A DNA stretch of 64,000 bases, taken from positions 8,972 to 72,971 of the forward strand of contig CAVWBU010000028.1 in NCBI GenBank assembly GCA_963753345.1, written 5' to 3'. The stretch comes from an uncultured Fibrobacterota bacterium. Lineage in GTDB: Bacteria; Fibrobacterota; Chitinivibrionia; Chitinivibrionales; FEN-1185. The translations under genes and the position numbers were made by a program. This document shows positions 50,932 to 60,400 of the stretch, in pieces. The notes beneath the pieces are model-generated. The model was not told the DNA's origin. It did no database searches and was given only the letters and a program-made list of their open reading frames with translations. Position 1 is the stretch's first letter; the number at the start of each line of letters is the position of its first letter.

Positions 50932-51601
50932 ATGCAAAACCTTTCCTTCCTCCAAGAACCCAAAGTAATCCAATGGCAGAAACCGTCCTTGACGCGGGCT
51001 GTTCAATCAACAAGCTCGTCCCCTTGTCGCTGCTTTACAAAAAGAACGGCGAACTGCTCTTTGCTTTATGCGAGGCTGATGTAACAGATCCGCAAGGCAA
51101 TAAACTTCCCCGCTATATCTTCATTCGCGGCCACGCGGTGATCGTGGTGCCGCTTGTGAAGAACAGGGACACCGGCGAGGAGCGTTTTCTCATGATACGC
51201 CAGCGCCGTATCGGCAACGGCGGAAACAACCTCGAATTCCCCGCCGGCATGCTCGACCGCGAGGTCAACGCGGCCAGGGCGGTTGCGGTGCGGGAATTGT
51301 CGGAGGAGACAGGGCTTGACGTTGAGCGCCAAGGGACCTTTTTCCGCTTCACGACGGCCCGCTGTACAGCTCCCCTGGTGCAGCAGATGAGGGCATTTAC
51401 TACTTCGGATGCATTGTTTCGCTTGCCAATGCGGAATTCTCCTCGCTTGAGGGACGGCGCGCGGGCAGCGCAGACGACGGCGAATCCATAACGGTCACCC
51501 TGCGCGACGCCGGGACGGCCGAGCGCGAAACCACATCGCTCCAGGTGCGGCTCGGCCTGCATCTTTTCGCCGCCGCCCGGGCTAATGCCCGCTTGCCATG
51601 A
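50932..51601 (+). CDS. NUDIX hydrolase (ADP-sugar pyrophosphatase-like), frameshifted at ~50980 and ~51325
   Basis: EFPAGMLD..AVRELSEETGL Nudix box. The joined frames give MQNLSFLQEPKVIQW.. and ..YSSPGAADEGI..; the stop overlaps the next ATG (ATGA). Confidence 0.8.
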
Positions 51602-53158
51602 AATCATACACCGGCAAACAGACCATCCGCGAACAGCTTCCCGAGATTCTTTACGACGAATCCCGCTTCACCCTGGGCATTCCGGACGCCGTGTATTTTC
51701 CGCAAACGGTTTCCGACGTGAGAGACGTCGTTCTTGACGCACACAAGTCGAAGGTCCCCATCACCGTGATCGGCGGAAAGACCGGCATCGCCGGCGGCAG
51801 CGTTCCCATTGACGGATGCGTCGTGCTCTGCATGTCGCGACATGAACAGGATCGTTCGCGTTTCATCCGACGCGGACAACGGTTATGAGCTTTGCTGCGA
51901 GCCGGGCGTCACCCTTGAGAACATCGCCGCGTTCCTCGCAGATCCCGGCGCATGGCCATCTCCTGTGGACGGCGCGGCCATTATCACCCCGGCCGGTCTC
52001 TTCTACCCTCCCGACCCCACCGAAACAACCGCCCAGCTCGGCGGCACCGTGGCCACCAACGCCTCGGGCGCGCGCTCGTTTCGGTTCGGGCCCACGCGGG
52101 CGCACGTGATTGAACTCCGGATCGTGCTTGCCAATGGCGACACGCTCCTGCTCAGGCGCGGAGCATGCGGGGAAAAGAACGGCGTCTTTACGGCCAAAAC
52201 GGAGCAGGGAAACAACGTCACCATCAGCAAATCCTCGTACCGTTCCCCTTCTGTAAAGAACGCCAGCGGATACTTTTCTTCGCCCGACATGGACCTGATA
52301 GACCTGTTTATCGGTTCCGAAGGCACGCTCGGGATCTTTACGCAATGCACCGTGCGCCTCATGCCGCAGCCGCGTTTCGCCGCCGGGCTCAGCTTTTTTC
52401 CGGACAGGAAAGCCGCGTTCGGCGCGGCGGCATTTCTCAGAAAACAGCGCCAGGTGTCGGCCATCGAGTATTTCGACCAAAGCGCCCTCGGCTTTCTCGA
52501 ATCGGCGCGGCGCGAGCTTCCGTTCGACTTGCCGGAATTTCCGGCCGGCCGCAGAAACGCGGTGTACTGGGAATATCTGGAGACCGACAACGCGCCGTTC
52601 GAGGATCAGATGGACAAATGGGAAAGCGCGCTTGCCGGTTTCGGCTCCTCGTTCGAGCACACGTGGAGCGGATTCGAGGCAAAGGAGGTCGAGCGGCTCA
52701 AGGCCATCCGGCACGCCGTTCCCGAGGCCGTCAACGCCGCCGTCGCGCGCTGCAAGCGCGACTGCCCCGGCATCCGGAAAATTTCCACCGACACCGCCCT
52801 TCCGGCGTCCGCGTTCGAGCGGGTCTTCGAAACCTGCATGGAGAGGATTGCCGCAAGTCAATTGTCACACGCCGTGTTCGGCCACCTCGGGGATTTTCAC
52901 CTCCACATGAACCTTGTTCCGCGGTCCGAAGCTGAGCTTGACAAAGCCAAACGCCTCTACGACGACCTGATGCGCATCACGGTGGAGAACGGCGGGACCG
53001 TGTCGGCCGAACACGGCATTGGAAAGCTTAAGACCAAGTATTTGCCTATGATGTATGGCGACGCGGCAATTGAAGAAATGCGGGCGGTGAAATCGGCGCT
53101 TGATCCATTATGGCTGCTCAACAGAGGTACGCTGCTGGAATATCAACAACAAGGCTAA
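51598..53158 (+). CDS. FAD-linked oxidoreductase (GlcD/D-2-hydroxyacid dehydrogenase family), +1 frameshift at ~51840
   Basis: PDAVYFP..GGKTGIAGG, YPPDPT..GGTVATNASG, GSEGTLG, GHLGDFHLH, SAEHGIGK. Confidence 0.9.
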
Positions 53159-53189
53159 TGTTCTTTTCGTTTTCTTCCTTGATTTGCTT

Positions 53190-53218
53190 TCAACTTTCAA
53201 CCTTCAACTTTCAACTCT
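53190..53218. repeat. Heptamer tandem repeat (TTCAACT)n between convergent genes
   Basis: TCAACTTTCAACCTTCAACTTTCAACTC. Confidence 0.6.
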
Positions 53219-53250
53219 TTGGATATGAGGGACACTTCCCCCACCAAGTG

Positions 53251-54267
53251 CTATTCACACTGTGATGGCGCCTTCTTGCACTTATCAATACAGGCATCAA
53301 CAATACCCAGCAAAATTGGAAAAGAAGGCCTGCCCCGGAGCGCAAACCTCAAGCGCGCAAGCGCCACGGGCACGAAGGTCCGGTACCATGCCTTGCCCTT
53401 GCGGATCGAGAGATTTCCGTACGCGCCAAGCGCCTGCATGAGGCGCTGAACCGCGCAGATCCGGAAATTGCGTAAAGGCACGTTGACAGGTGCAACAGAC
53501 CGGTAGTATTCAAAAAGCCTTTTGCTCAGCGCAACGGTCAGCCGCGCCACGTAGGGATCGTACAGCAGCGACGCCGCGTCGTAGCCCGCGGGCCCCCGGC
53601 GCGCGCCCTGAAAGTCCACGAACCGCACCGCGCCGCCGGCAAGCAGGATGTTCTCCGACTGGAAATCGCGGTGGATGCACACCTTGGGAAAGGACGCGGC
53701 TTCGGCCGCGATCCGGCCGCGCTCTTGTTCCCACGCGGAAGTGAGCATTGCGTCAAGCCCGAAATAGTCCCTCACGCAATGCTCGGCGAAGTAGTCGCTT
53801 TCCCAGAGGAACATCTCCTGGTCCATGTCACGGCCGGAAATCACCGCGCATGACCCGGGATCCACGCGCTGCCATACGGCGAGCGCGTCAAGGACCTTCG
53901 GGTAGACACGCGCAACGGAGGCGGGAGCCGCGCGGCTGCAGAACCGCTTGAGCGTTTCTTCCCCAAGGTCTTCCTCGAGAATAAGGCCGTGCCTGTCGTC
54001 GTAGGCGTACAGGTGCGGCAAAAACGGCACGAACGGCGCAAGGTCCCGCTGGATGGCGATGAACCGGTCCCAATCGCGGTCGACGCTGTCCCACACCACG
54101 AGCACGCACGAGTCCTTGGCGCCGCGCGAAGCGATGCGCACGAACCTGCGGTCCGATCCGGCCCAGCCGGCGCAGGTGACGCTGCACGTCCGGGCGTCGA
54201 ACCACGGCACGGTTTCCTTGACAAAGCCCGCCTGCGCGGGCGTCAATTCCACGGTCTTACGCTTCAA
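53251..54267 (-). CDS. amgK: Anomeric MurNAc/GlcNAc kinase (APH family)
   Basis: AGSDRRFVR, EDLG, HRDFQSENI, DFQGAR, YDAASLL, QRLMQALGAY; adjacent to a nucleotidyltransferase. Confidence 0.8.
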   Translation of the reverse strand: MKRKTVELTPAQAGFVKETVPWFDARTCSVTCAGWAGSDRRFVRIASRGAKDSCVLVVWDSVDRDWDRFIAIQRDLAPFVPFLPHLYAYDDRHGLILEEDLGEETLKRFCSRAAPASVARVYPKVLDALAVWQRVDPGSCAVISGRDMDQEMFLWESDYFAEHCVRDYFGLDAMLTSAWEQERGRIAAEAASFPKVCIHRDFQSENILLAGGAVRFVDFQGARRGPAGYDAASLLYDPYVARLTVALSKRLFEYYRSVAPVNVPLRNFRICAVQRLMQALGAYGNLSIRKGKAWYRTFVPVALARLRFALRGRPSFPILLGIVDACIDKCKKAPSQCE

Positions 54268-55207
54268 AGGGGATCACTCCGTACGGCGTGACGATCGCGC
54301 TATGCAACGACGCGTTGTCCGGAACCACTGCGCCCCGGAACACCACCACGCGCGAAAGGCTGCTTGACAAAGGGACAGCGTCGGCCTCCACCCACGAATA
54401 CGGGCCGAGGGCCGCGGCCACCTCGGGCTTCCACGAACGCGGATACGCCCTCTTCCCTGCCGGATCGACGACGATGTCCTGCGGAACGTCGAGGCCGCAT
54501 GCTCCGTCAATCACGTCGAAATGGACCTGCGCGAGCTTGGCGGGCGTCCCCAGATCGTTCCAGTAAACCGGGCATGTTTCGACGATCTTCACGCTCATGC
54601 CGGTCTTCTGCATCCGTTTCCAGACGGGCAGAATCGAAAAATCCGCCTGCCTCAACACATTGAGCATCTGCTTCTTGTAGAAAGCGATGCCGAGAAACTC
54701 GGCCTCGAGCGCGCCGTCTCCCCCGTGCTGCGCGGCTGCGGCGTCTTCGGACCGCGCGCCGATATATTCCCGGTCCCGCTTGCGATACCACACGGTCCCG
54801 CGGTCCGACGGCATGGCGACAAGTCCTGCTTCGCAATCGAGCTTCAGAAATTCCCGCCACACCGCGCCCAGATCGATTGCGGCGATGATGTCGACATTCG
54901 CCACGCAGAAAACGTCGTCGGTTCCGAGAAATCCCCTTGCAAAATGGAGCGCTCCGCCCGTTCCCCTGATGCGGCCGGTCTCATGGAAAATGACGCATCG
55001 GCCGCCCTGGGAGTCGAGAAATGTTTTGATGCGGTCGGGGTGGTGGTGCGCATTCACGGCGATGCGCTCAATGCCGTGGCGCCGGAAAAAATCAATGGAT
55101 CGGCCAAGCAGCGGCCTGCCGCACACCGGCACCAGCGCCTTGGGAATGTGTTCGGTGAGCGGCCGCAGGCGCGTGCCGAAACCGGCGGCAAGAATGAATC
55201 CGATCAC
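54257..55207 (-). CDS. murU: Sugar-phosphate nucleotidyltransferase (MurU-like)
   Basis: ILAAGFGTRLRPLT..PKAL, GTGGAL, WNDLGTP; GTGA overlap with namZ. Confidence 0.75.
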   Translation of the reverse strand: MIGFILAAGFGTRLRPLTEHIPKALVPVCGRPLLGRSIDFFRRHGIERIAVNAHHHPDRIKTFLDSQGGRCVIFHETGRIRGTGGALHFARGFLGTDDVFCVANVDIIAAIDLGAVWREFLKLDCEAGLVAMPSDRGTVWYRKRDREYIGARSEDAAAAQHGGDGALEAEFLGIAFYKKQMLNVLRQADFSILPVWKRMQKTGMSVKIVETCPVYWNDLGTPAKLAQVHFDVIDGACGLDVPQDIVVDPAGKRAYPRSWKPEVAAALGPYSWVEADAVPLSSSLSRVVVFRGAVVPDNASLHSAIVTPYGVIPFEA

Positions 55208-56403
55208 TCGCGCTCCTCGGGATACCGTGCGACTTCGCGGAATTCTGCCAGGAACTTTGAATACGACTGCCGCCAGGATTCCTTTTCGACGGAAAGGTCG
55301 CCGCCCGCCTCCAGGACCTGCCGCAGGGCCGTATTGCCGGCAAGGATGTCGAAGGGTTTGTGGACCGCATCGTATTCGTAGGGCGGCTGGGTAAACGCGA
55401 ATTTTCCGTTCGAGGCCTTGATCGTTGCCGCGATGATTGCGGCGGTTGTAAACACCGGTTCGTAGGCGCGCGCGTCGCGCACGTGCACCTGGAAACCCGT
55501 GCAGGATTCGCCGCGCCATTTCTGGAACGTCGGGATGAAATCGTGCCGCCGCAGAATACACCCGCGGATGTCAAGACGCTTCACCTCCGCGATTACGGCG
55601 TCGGCATCGGCATACGGCGCGCCCACGATCTCGAACGGCCGCGTGGTCCCTCTCCCCTCGGACAGGTTGGTGGCCTCCAATAGCACCATACCGGGATACA
55701 CGAGCGCCGTTTCAAACGAGGGCATGTTCGGGGAGGGCATCACCCAGGAAAGGCCGGTGTCCGGCCACAGGGAATCGCGCCACCAGCCGTCCATCCACAC
55801 CACGCGGCAGTCGGCGCGGGGATAGTACCGGCGTTTGAGCAGCATAGCGATCTCGCCGAGCGTCATCCTGTGACAAAGAGGAATCGGCGCGCCGCCCACA
55901 AAGGATTGGAGCCCGTCGTCGAGCACCGGCCCGTCAAGCGCAACGGCCGCAATGGGATTGGGCCGGTCGAGGATCCAAAGCGGAATTCCCGCTTCGCCGC
56001 ACGCCTCCATGCACAGCTTTACGGTCCAGACATAGGTGTACGGCCTGGCGCCCACGTCCTGCAGATCCACCACCAGGGCATCCAGACGCGACAAACTTTC
56101 CGCCGACGGCTTCCGCCGTTCGCCGTACAGGCTGTACACGGGGATGTTGAGCACGGGGTGCGTGTAACCCTGCCACTCGATCATATTGTCCTGTGTCTGC
56201 CCAAACATCCCGTGCTGCGGGCCGAACAGGGCGCAAAGCGTGCACGCCGAATTCCTGAAGACGTCGACGGCATGAACGTAGCCGGAGGTGACCGACGCCG
56301 CGTGGCACAGAAGTCCCACCCGCTTGCCCGCTAGTTCACGCGGCAATGCCGATGCTGCAATGTCAAGGCCTGAACGGGTCATGGTAACCTTTGCGGCGTT
56401 CAT
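55204..56403 (-). CDS. namZ: Exo-beta-N-acetylmuramidase (DUF1343)
   Basis: FGPQHG, YSLYG, DLQDVGARPYTY, LDRPNP, PSPNMP, NLSEGRGTTRPFE. Confidence 0.9.
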   Translation of the reverse strand: MNAAKVTMTRSGLDIAASALPRELAGKRVGLLCHAASVTSGYVHAVDVFRNSACTLCALFGPQHGMFGQTQDNMIEWQGYTHPVLNIPVYSLYGERRKPSAESLSRLDALVVDLQDVGARPYTYVWTVKLCMEACGEAGIPLWILDRPNPIAAVALDGPVLDDGLQSFVGGAPIPLCHRMTLGEIAMLLKRRYYPRADCRVVWMDGWWRDSLWPDTGLSWVMPSPNMPSFETALVYPGMVLLEATNLSEGRGTTRPFEIVGAPYADADAVIAEVKRLDIRGCILRRHDFIPTFQKWRGESCTGFQVHVRDARAYEPVFTTAAIIAATIKASNGKFAFTQPPYEYDAVHKPFDILAGNTALRQVLEAGGDLSVEKESWRQSYSKFLAEFREVARYPEERE

Positions 56404-56694
56404 GGTGCATGGTAGAAAATATACAAGAGGCGGTCGGGAACACAAAGCGGTCGGGCGAAAACCGGCTTTTTTCGGAATGCAGAGGCACGCAATATCCGTA
56501 AAAGCATGCGGTGATTTCGACACGGCGCAGGAGACGCCGGGCTTTGCTTCTGCAAAAACTTTTTATCTTTTCTCGTGGCGGAAATTAGATTAAATGAGAA
56601 AATTGTTGAGTGTCGGCAGCTTTTAAAAAAATGCCGAAAATAGTTCGTTGCGCGTTTTTTCACCATCCATTCAACCTTTTTAAAGGAGTGCAGC

Positions 56695-56934
56695 ATGAAC
56701 GTCACAGTCAAAATGGTACTCGCAGCCTTCATCGCGGCTTCGTTTGCCGTTGCAGCCCTTGCCGAAGAGCCGGCTCCCGCAACCCCGGCGCCTGCCGCGA
56801 CATCAGTAGCGCCCGCGAGCACGGAAACCGCCCCGGCAGATACCACAAAGAGCAAGAAGAAAGCCAAGAAGGCCAAGAAAGTCAAGAAAGTTAAGAAAGC
56901 TGCTGCAGCCGACAGCACAATGGCACCCAAGTAA
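56695..56934 (+). CDS. Small exported Ala/Pro-rich, Lys-rich protein
   Basis: RBS AAGGAG, signal peptide (ALA-E), APATPAPA, KKKAKKAKKVKKVKK; followed by a terminator. Confidence 0.8.
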   Translation: MNVTVKMVLAAFIAASFAVAALAEEPAPATPAPAATSVAPASTETAPADTTKSKKKAKKAKKVKKVKKAAAADSTMAPK

Positions 56935-56953
56935 TTCTTGCGGCTACAATAGT

Positions 56954-56989
56954 AACAAAGGCGGAGGACGCGAGTCCTTCGCCTTTGTT
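56954..56989. terminator. Bidirectional terminator hairpin
   Basis: AACAAAGGCGGAGGAC-gcga-GTCCTTCGCCTTTGTT between convergent genes. Confidence 0.8.
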
Positions 56990-57011
56990 GTTTCCACCTG
57001 CCGGTATCCGG

Positions 57012-57359
57012 CTACCGCCGTATGGTCTGCACCTTTGCAGATGCCATTTTCCTCGCGTGGCCTTCCAGACCCGACTCTTTAATCTGGCGGATGCAGGCGC
57101 CCCGGTCCGACCTGAACACAAGCCCGAACAGTTTCGACATGAGGTTGTTGAATTTCCCGCAGTCCATGGCATCAGCGAATTCCGTGCATTCCGCGCAGGA
57201 AAGAATGCCTTTCCCCTTGCAGCAATTCCTGATTCCGCACCACGATGCCTTGTTGTTGGCCGCGCATCCGGGGCACCGTTCCTTCAGATACGAACCGCAG
57301 GCGCCGCAATACAGGCCGCAGAACGCAACCAGGGATTTGTCGGCTGTTATTTCACGCAT
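57012..57359 (-). CDS. DUF3795-like Cys-rich protein
   Basis: AFCGLYCGAC..CPGC..CGIRNCC..SCAEC..C. Confidence 0.85.
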   Translation of the reverse strand: MREITADKSLVAFCGLYCGACGSYLKERCPGCAANNKASWCGIRNCCKGKGILSCAECTEFADAMDCGKFNNLMSKLFGLVFRSDRGACIRQIKESGLEGHARKMASAKVQTIRR

Positions 57360-57411
57360 CCATATTTCACTTCTGTCAATAATGATAAAACTGCGATGAT
57401 CCGCGTGCCCT

Positions 57412-57894
57412 TTACTCCTCCGCAGTTCCGCTTTCGTTGTTCCCAAACAAATCCTTGATGATCCGCCTCGCCTCGCCGGCACGCCGTTTCTCGACCTCTA
57501 TCTTAACCGTGCCGGTCACGGGGTTGAATCCTCCAAGAAGACCCGCTCCGAAAAGGCTCTGCAGTTCCTCGCCTTTCGCGTTATACGGAATGTGCGCTGC
57601 CTCCAATGCGCCTTTTATCAAGACAAGCTCGGGCAGGTGCGACGTCTCGTGCACGACCACCGCCTCCGCGTCGAGATATTCGGGCGTTCCCTCCCGTAAA
57701 TCATCCGGCGTCCTGTAGGCCACGAGCGGTTTCCTGCAGTCCGGGCACCTGGTGATGCCCGCGGGGTACGTCGCGCCGCACGAGGAGCAATGCAGGGGCA
57801 GGTTGTCAAATGGGACGAGCTTCACTCCGCAGTCCGGGCACACATCAATGCTTTCGCGAAATTCGGAGAGGCAGGAGGGGCAGAAGAGGGACAT
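57412..57894 (-). CDS. Double zinc-ribbon + DUF2007-like protein
   Basis: FCPSC..CPDC twice, then LIKGALEAAHIP..VKIEV. Confidence 0.8.
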   Translation of the reverse strand: MSLFCPSCLSEFRESIDVCPDCGVKLVPFDNLPLHCSSCGATYPAGITRCPDCRKPLVAYRTPDDLREGTPEYLDAEAVVVHETSHLPELVLIKGALEAAHIPYNAKGEELQSLFGAGLLGGFNPVTGTVKIEVEKRRAGEARRIIKDLFGNNESGTAEE

Positions 57895-57930
57895 AAGCTA
57901 GATCTTTTCCATCTTGTTTAGTAAAGAATT

Positions 57931-58355
57931 GGGCGTTACCCGGCTTGCGCGGGGTCGGTCTCCCTCCGGGCTCGGCCTATGGCCTCGGGCCATCTAATTG
58001 TAGAATGTAGAATTTAGATTGTAGAATTGAAATACAAACATCGGAACATTTTTTCAATCCACATTCATCAATCTAAAATCTACAATTAAGTGTCCAGGCT
58101 GCATCCCGCCTCAAGCGGGACCATTTTTCCAGTCGCCCCTAACGCTGGGCAGAAGATCCTTGCTATATCTTTTTGTTGCATTTTGCCAAGGCGGATGTAA
58201 TCTTTGTCATCTATTTTTTCGGAGCAACTGCTCTCCACGGGTGCCCCCCAACCGAAGCTTGATTCTTGCAACTACCCTCACTTGGGGTGCACCCAGGAGT
58301 GGGGAGTGCCGAGGACGGTAAAACCGGCCGAGGCCGGGGGAGATACCTCTCCCCC
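57931..58355 (+). repeat. Composite structured repeat (module B 57931-58145 with a nested 94-bp element + module A 58233-58355)
   Basis: GGGCGTT...CCTAACGC; GGGTGCCCCC..GGGGTGCACCCAGGAG; GGGGGAGA..TCTCCCCC. Confidence 0.85.
57995..58088. mobile_element. 94-bp AT-rich MITE-like element with terminal inverted repeats
   Basis: Perfect 10-bp TIR TAATTGTAGA/TCTACAATTA extended by heptamer units; occupies the central arm of module B. Confidence 0.6.
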
Positions 58356-58370
58356 AGCAACGCCTCAAGA

Positions 58371-60319
58371 TTATCGTACAACGGCCACCGTTCCAACTAT
58401 TTTCCGGTCTGCAACAACGGTACTAAATAAATACATTCCCGCGCCGACAGATCTACCTTTTTCATCCGTCAAGTCCCAGTTCTGCCCCCGGCGCAACGAA
58501 CGGACAATCCTTCCGCTTCGATCAAAAATATGTATCTGCCCGCATCCTCCAAATTCGACCGGCATTCCGCTCGAAAAAAACGAGGTGCGCACCATGCCAT
58601 GGGTTCCGCTGCCGGCAACAGCCCGCACGCCTCCCGCGCCCACAACGCCCTCATACGCGCCGATGTCGAACGCAGGCCCTTGCGGCCGCGGAACGCCGTC
58701 GAAGTCCACGCTCACCACCGCGCTCACGTCCCTTCCCGCGTTGAGGGCGGCTGAGCCGTTTGTCAAATGCATGTTCCCGGCCGCGGTGTCGGCGAACTTC
58801 GGGTCTGCATTGACCGACGTCGCATCCCAGGAAGGGAGGCCGCCCTTGCCGAACCACAGGTTGTTGCCGGCCTGCACCTTGCTCAAATCGGCGTCCGACC
58901 ATCCGGCGACATACGGCTCGCCCGTGGAACAGATGATGTTGTTGTTGAAATGCAGCGCGTAGCGGCTGTTGTCGGTAATGCACACGTTGCCGCTGGCACC
59001 CTGGCCGCTCGCGGTCTTGCCCCAGCCGCAGCCGTACACCGTGTTGTTGTAAAAGTAAATTACGGTCGAAGTGTCTTCGTGGCCCGCGTCGATCTGGACG
59101 CCGTAATGCGTTGACGCGCCGCTTTCGTTCGGGTCCGGGTCCGGCCCCAGTCCCGCCTTTACGATGATGTTGTTGTAGAACCAGTTCTCCCCCACCGTGT
59201 AGTAGCCGATGAGCATGCCGTCGCTCACCTGGTTGATGATGAAATTGTCGTGCACCCGGTGGCCGGTCATGAATGCGGTTGAGTCCTGCTCGCTGTAGAT
59301 GTTGATGGCACGTATGGCGTTGTTGTCGTGGAAATAGTTGAAAGCGATCTCGCGGTTGCGCTGCGTGGGATACCGCGCTCCCGTTCCCGAACGAGGGCTT
59401 GACACATACAACGGATGGTACAGTTTGCTGCACCCCAGCCTGCCCGCCCTGGTGATTTCGTTGCCGAGGATGTACACGCTGTCGCCGTCGGCCTCCACGG
59501 TGCCTTCGGCCGCGCTCGCCGTGGGCGCGGTTATGTAGTTGCCCACCAGCCTCGAACCGGTGCTCACCGGTATGCTTATTTCACCGGAAGTGATGTGGAA
59601 TTTAGCCACGTTCCAATGGTTCGTGTATCCATACCCGGACTCCCAGTGGCCAAAGCCATAGGTGAGTGAACTGTCGCCCACAAGCACCCGCGCGCCCGGA
59701 TACGCGATTATCGACAGGGGCTGGGCGTCGGAGCCGTGACGGTCGAGGTTGACCGCGCCGCCGTAGCTGTCCTCGGTGGTCGCGGAAACGCCGTCGCACA
59801 CGTAAACAATGCCCCCGGCCGCCATGCCGCTCACGGCCTTGGGCATGGTCTGCCACGGTTTTGCCCAGGAGCCGTCACCCGATGCGTCGCTGCCGGTCGT
59901 CTTTACAAAGTACATTGAGGCCAGCCGTACGGCAAACGCCAGCACGTTCGACGTCTCCCCGTTCACGGTGACCGTGATGCCCGCGCCGCTGTCGGGCGTC
60001 GAACCGCTCACCTGGAATTCGATCATCTGCATGACGTGGCGCGAAAACAGGTCTGCCGGCGCCGCGGCGTTTTTCCACGAATACACCCGCGCCTCAGTGC
60101 CGTTGACAAACATCTTGGATGTCGCCTGGCTTGGACCAAGGTTCTTTCCCCAGACGGTCACGATCGCGCCATCCACGCCCGCAGCCTGCCCGAGCGATAC
60201 GTCGCTGTTTCCAGTCTTCGGCCCGCTTGCGAGATCGGAGAAGCAGAGGATGGGAGCGGAGAAAGAAAGAAAGGAGATAAAAGAATGATAGGAAGGGGCT
60301 TGCATGATTGATAAAACAT
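58371..60319 (-). CDS. Secreted beta-helix protein (IPT-like, DUF1565-like, choice-of-anchor-Q-like, FlgD/T9SS-like C-terminus); probable -1 frameshift in the signal peptide (~60278)
   Basis: RBS AAGGAG before ATG 60319; GSDASGDGSWAKPWQT; FYNNT repeats; DFDGVPRPQGPAFDIGAYE; WDLTDEKGRSVGAGMY. Confidence 0.8.
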
Positions 60320-60400
60320 GAGAGGCTCCTTTCGGGATTCTGTCGAACAATGATCATGGGCGTTTCCCTCGCCTACGTCAAGAAATCTAAATAAAAATAT

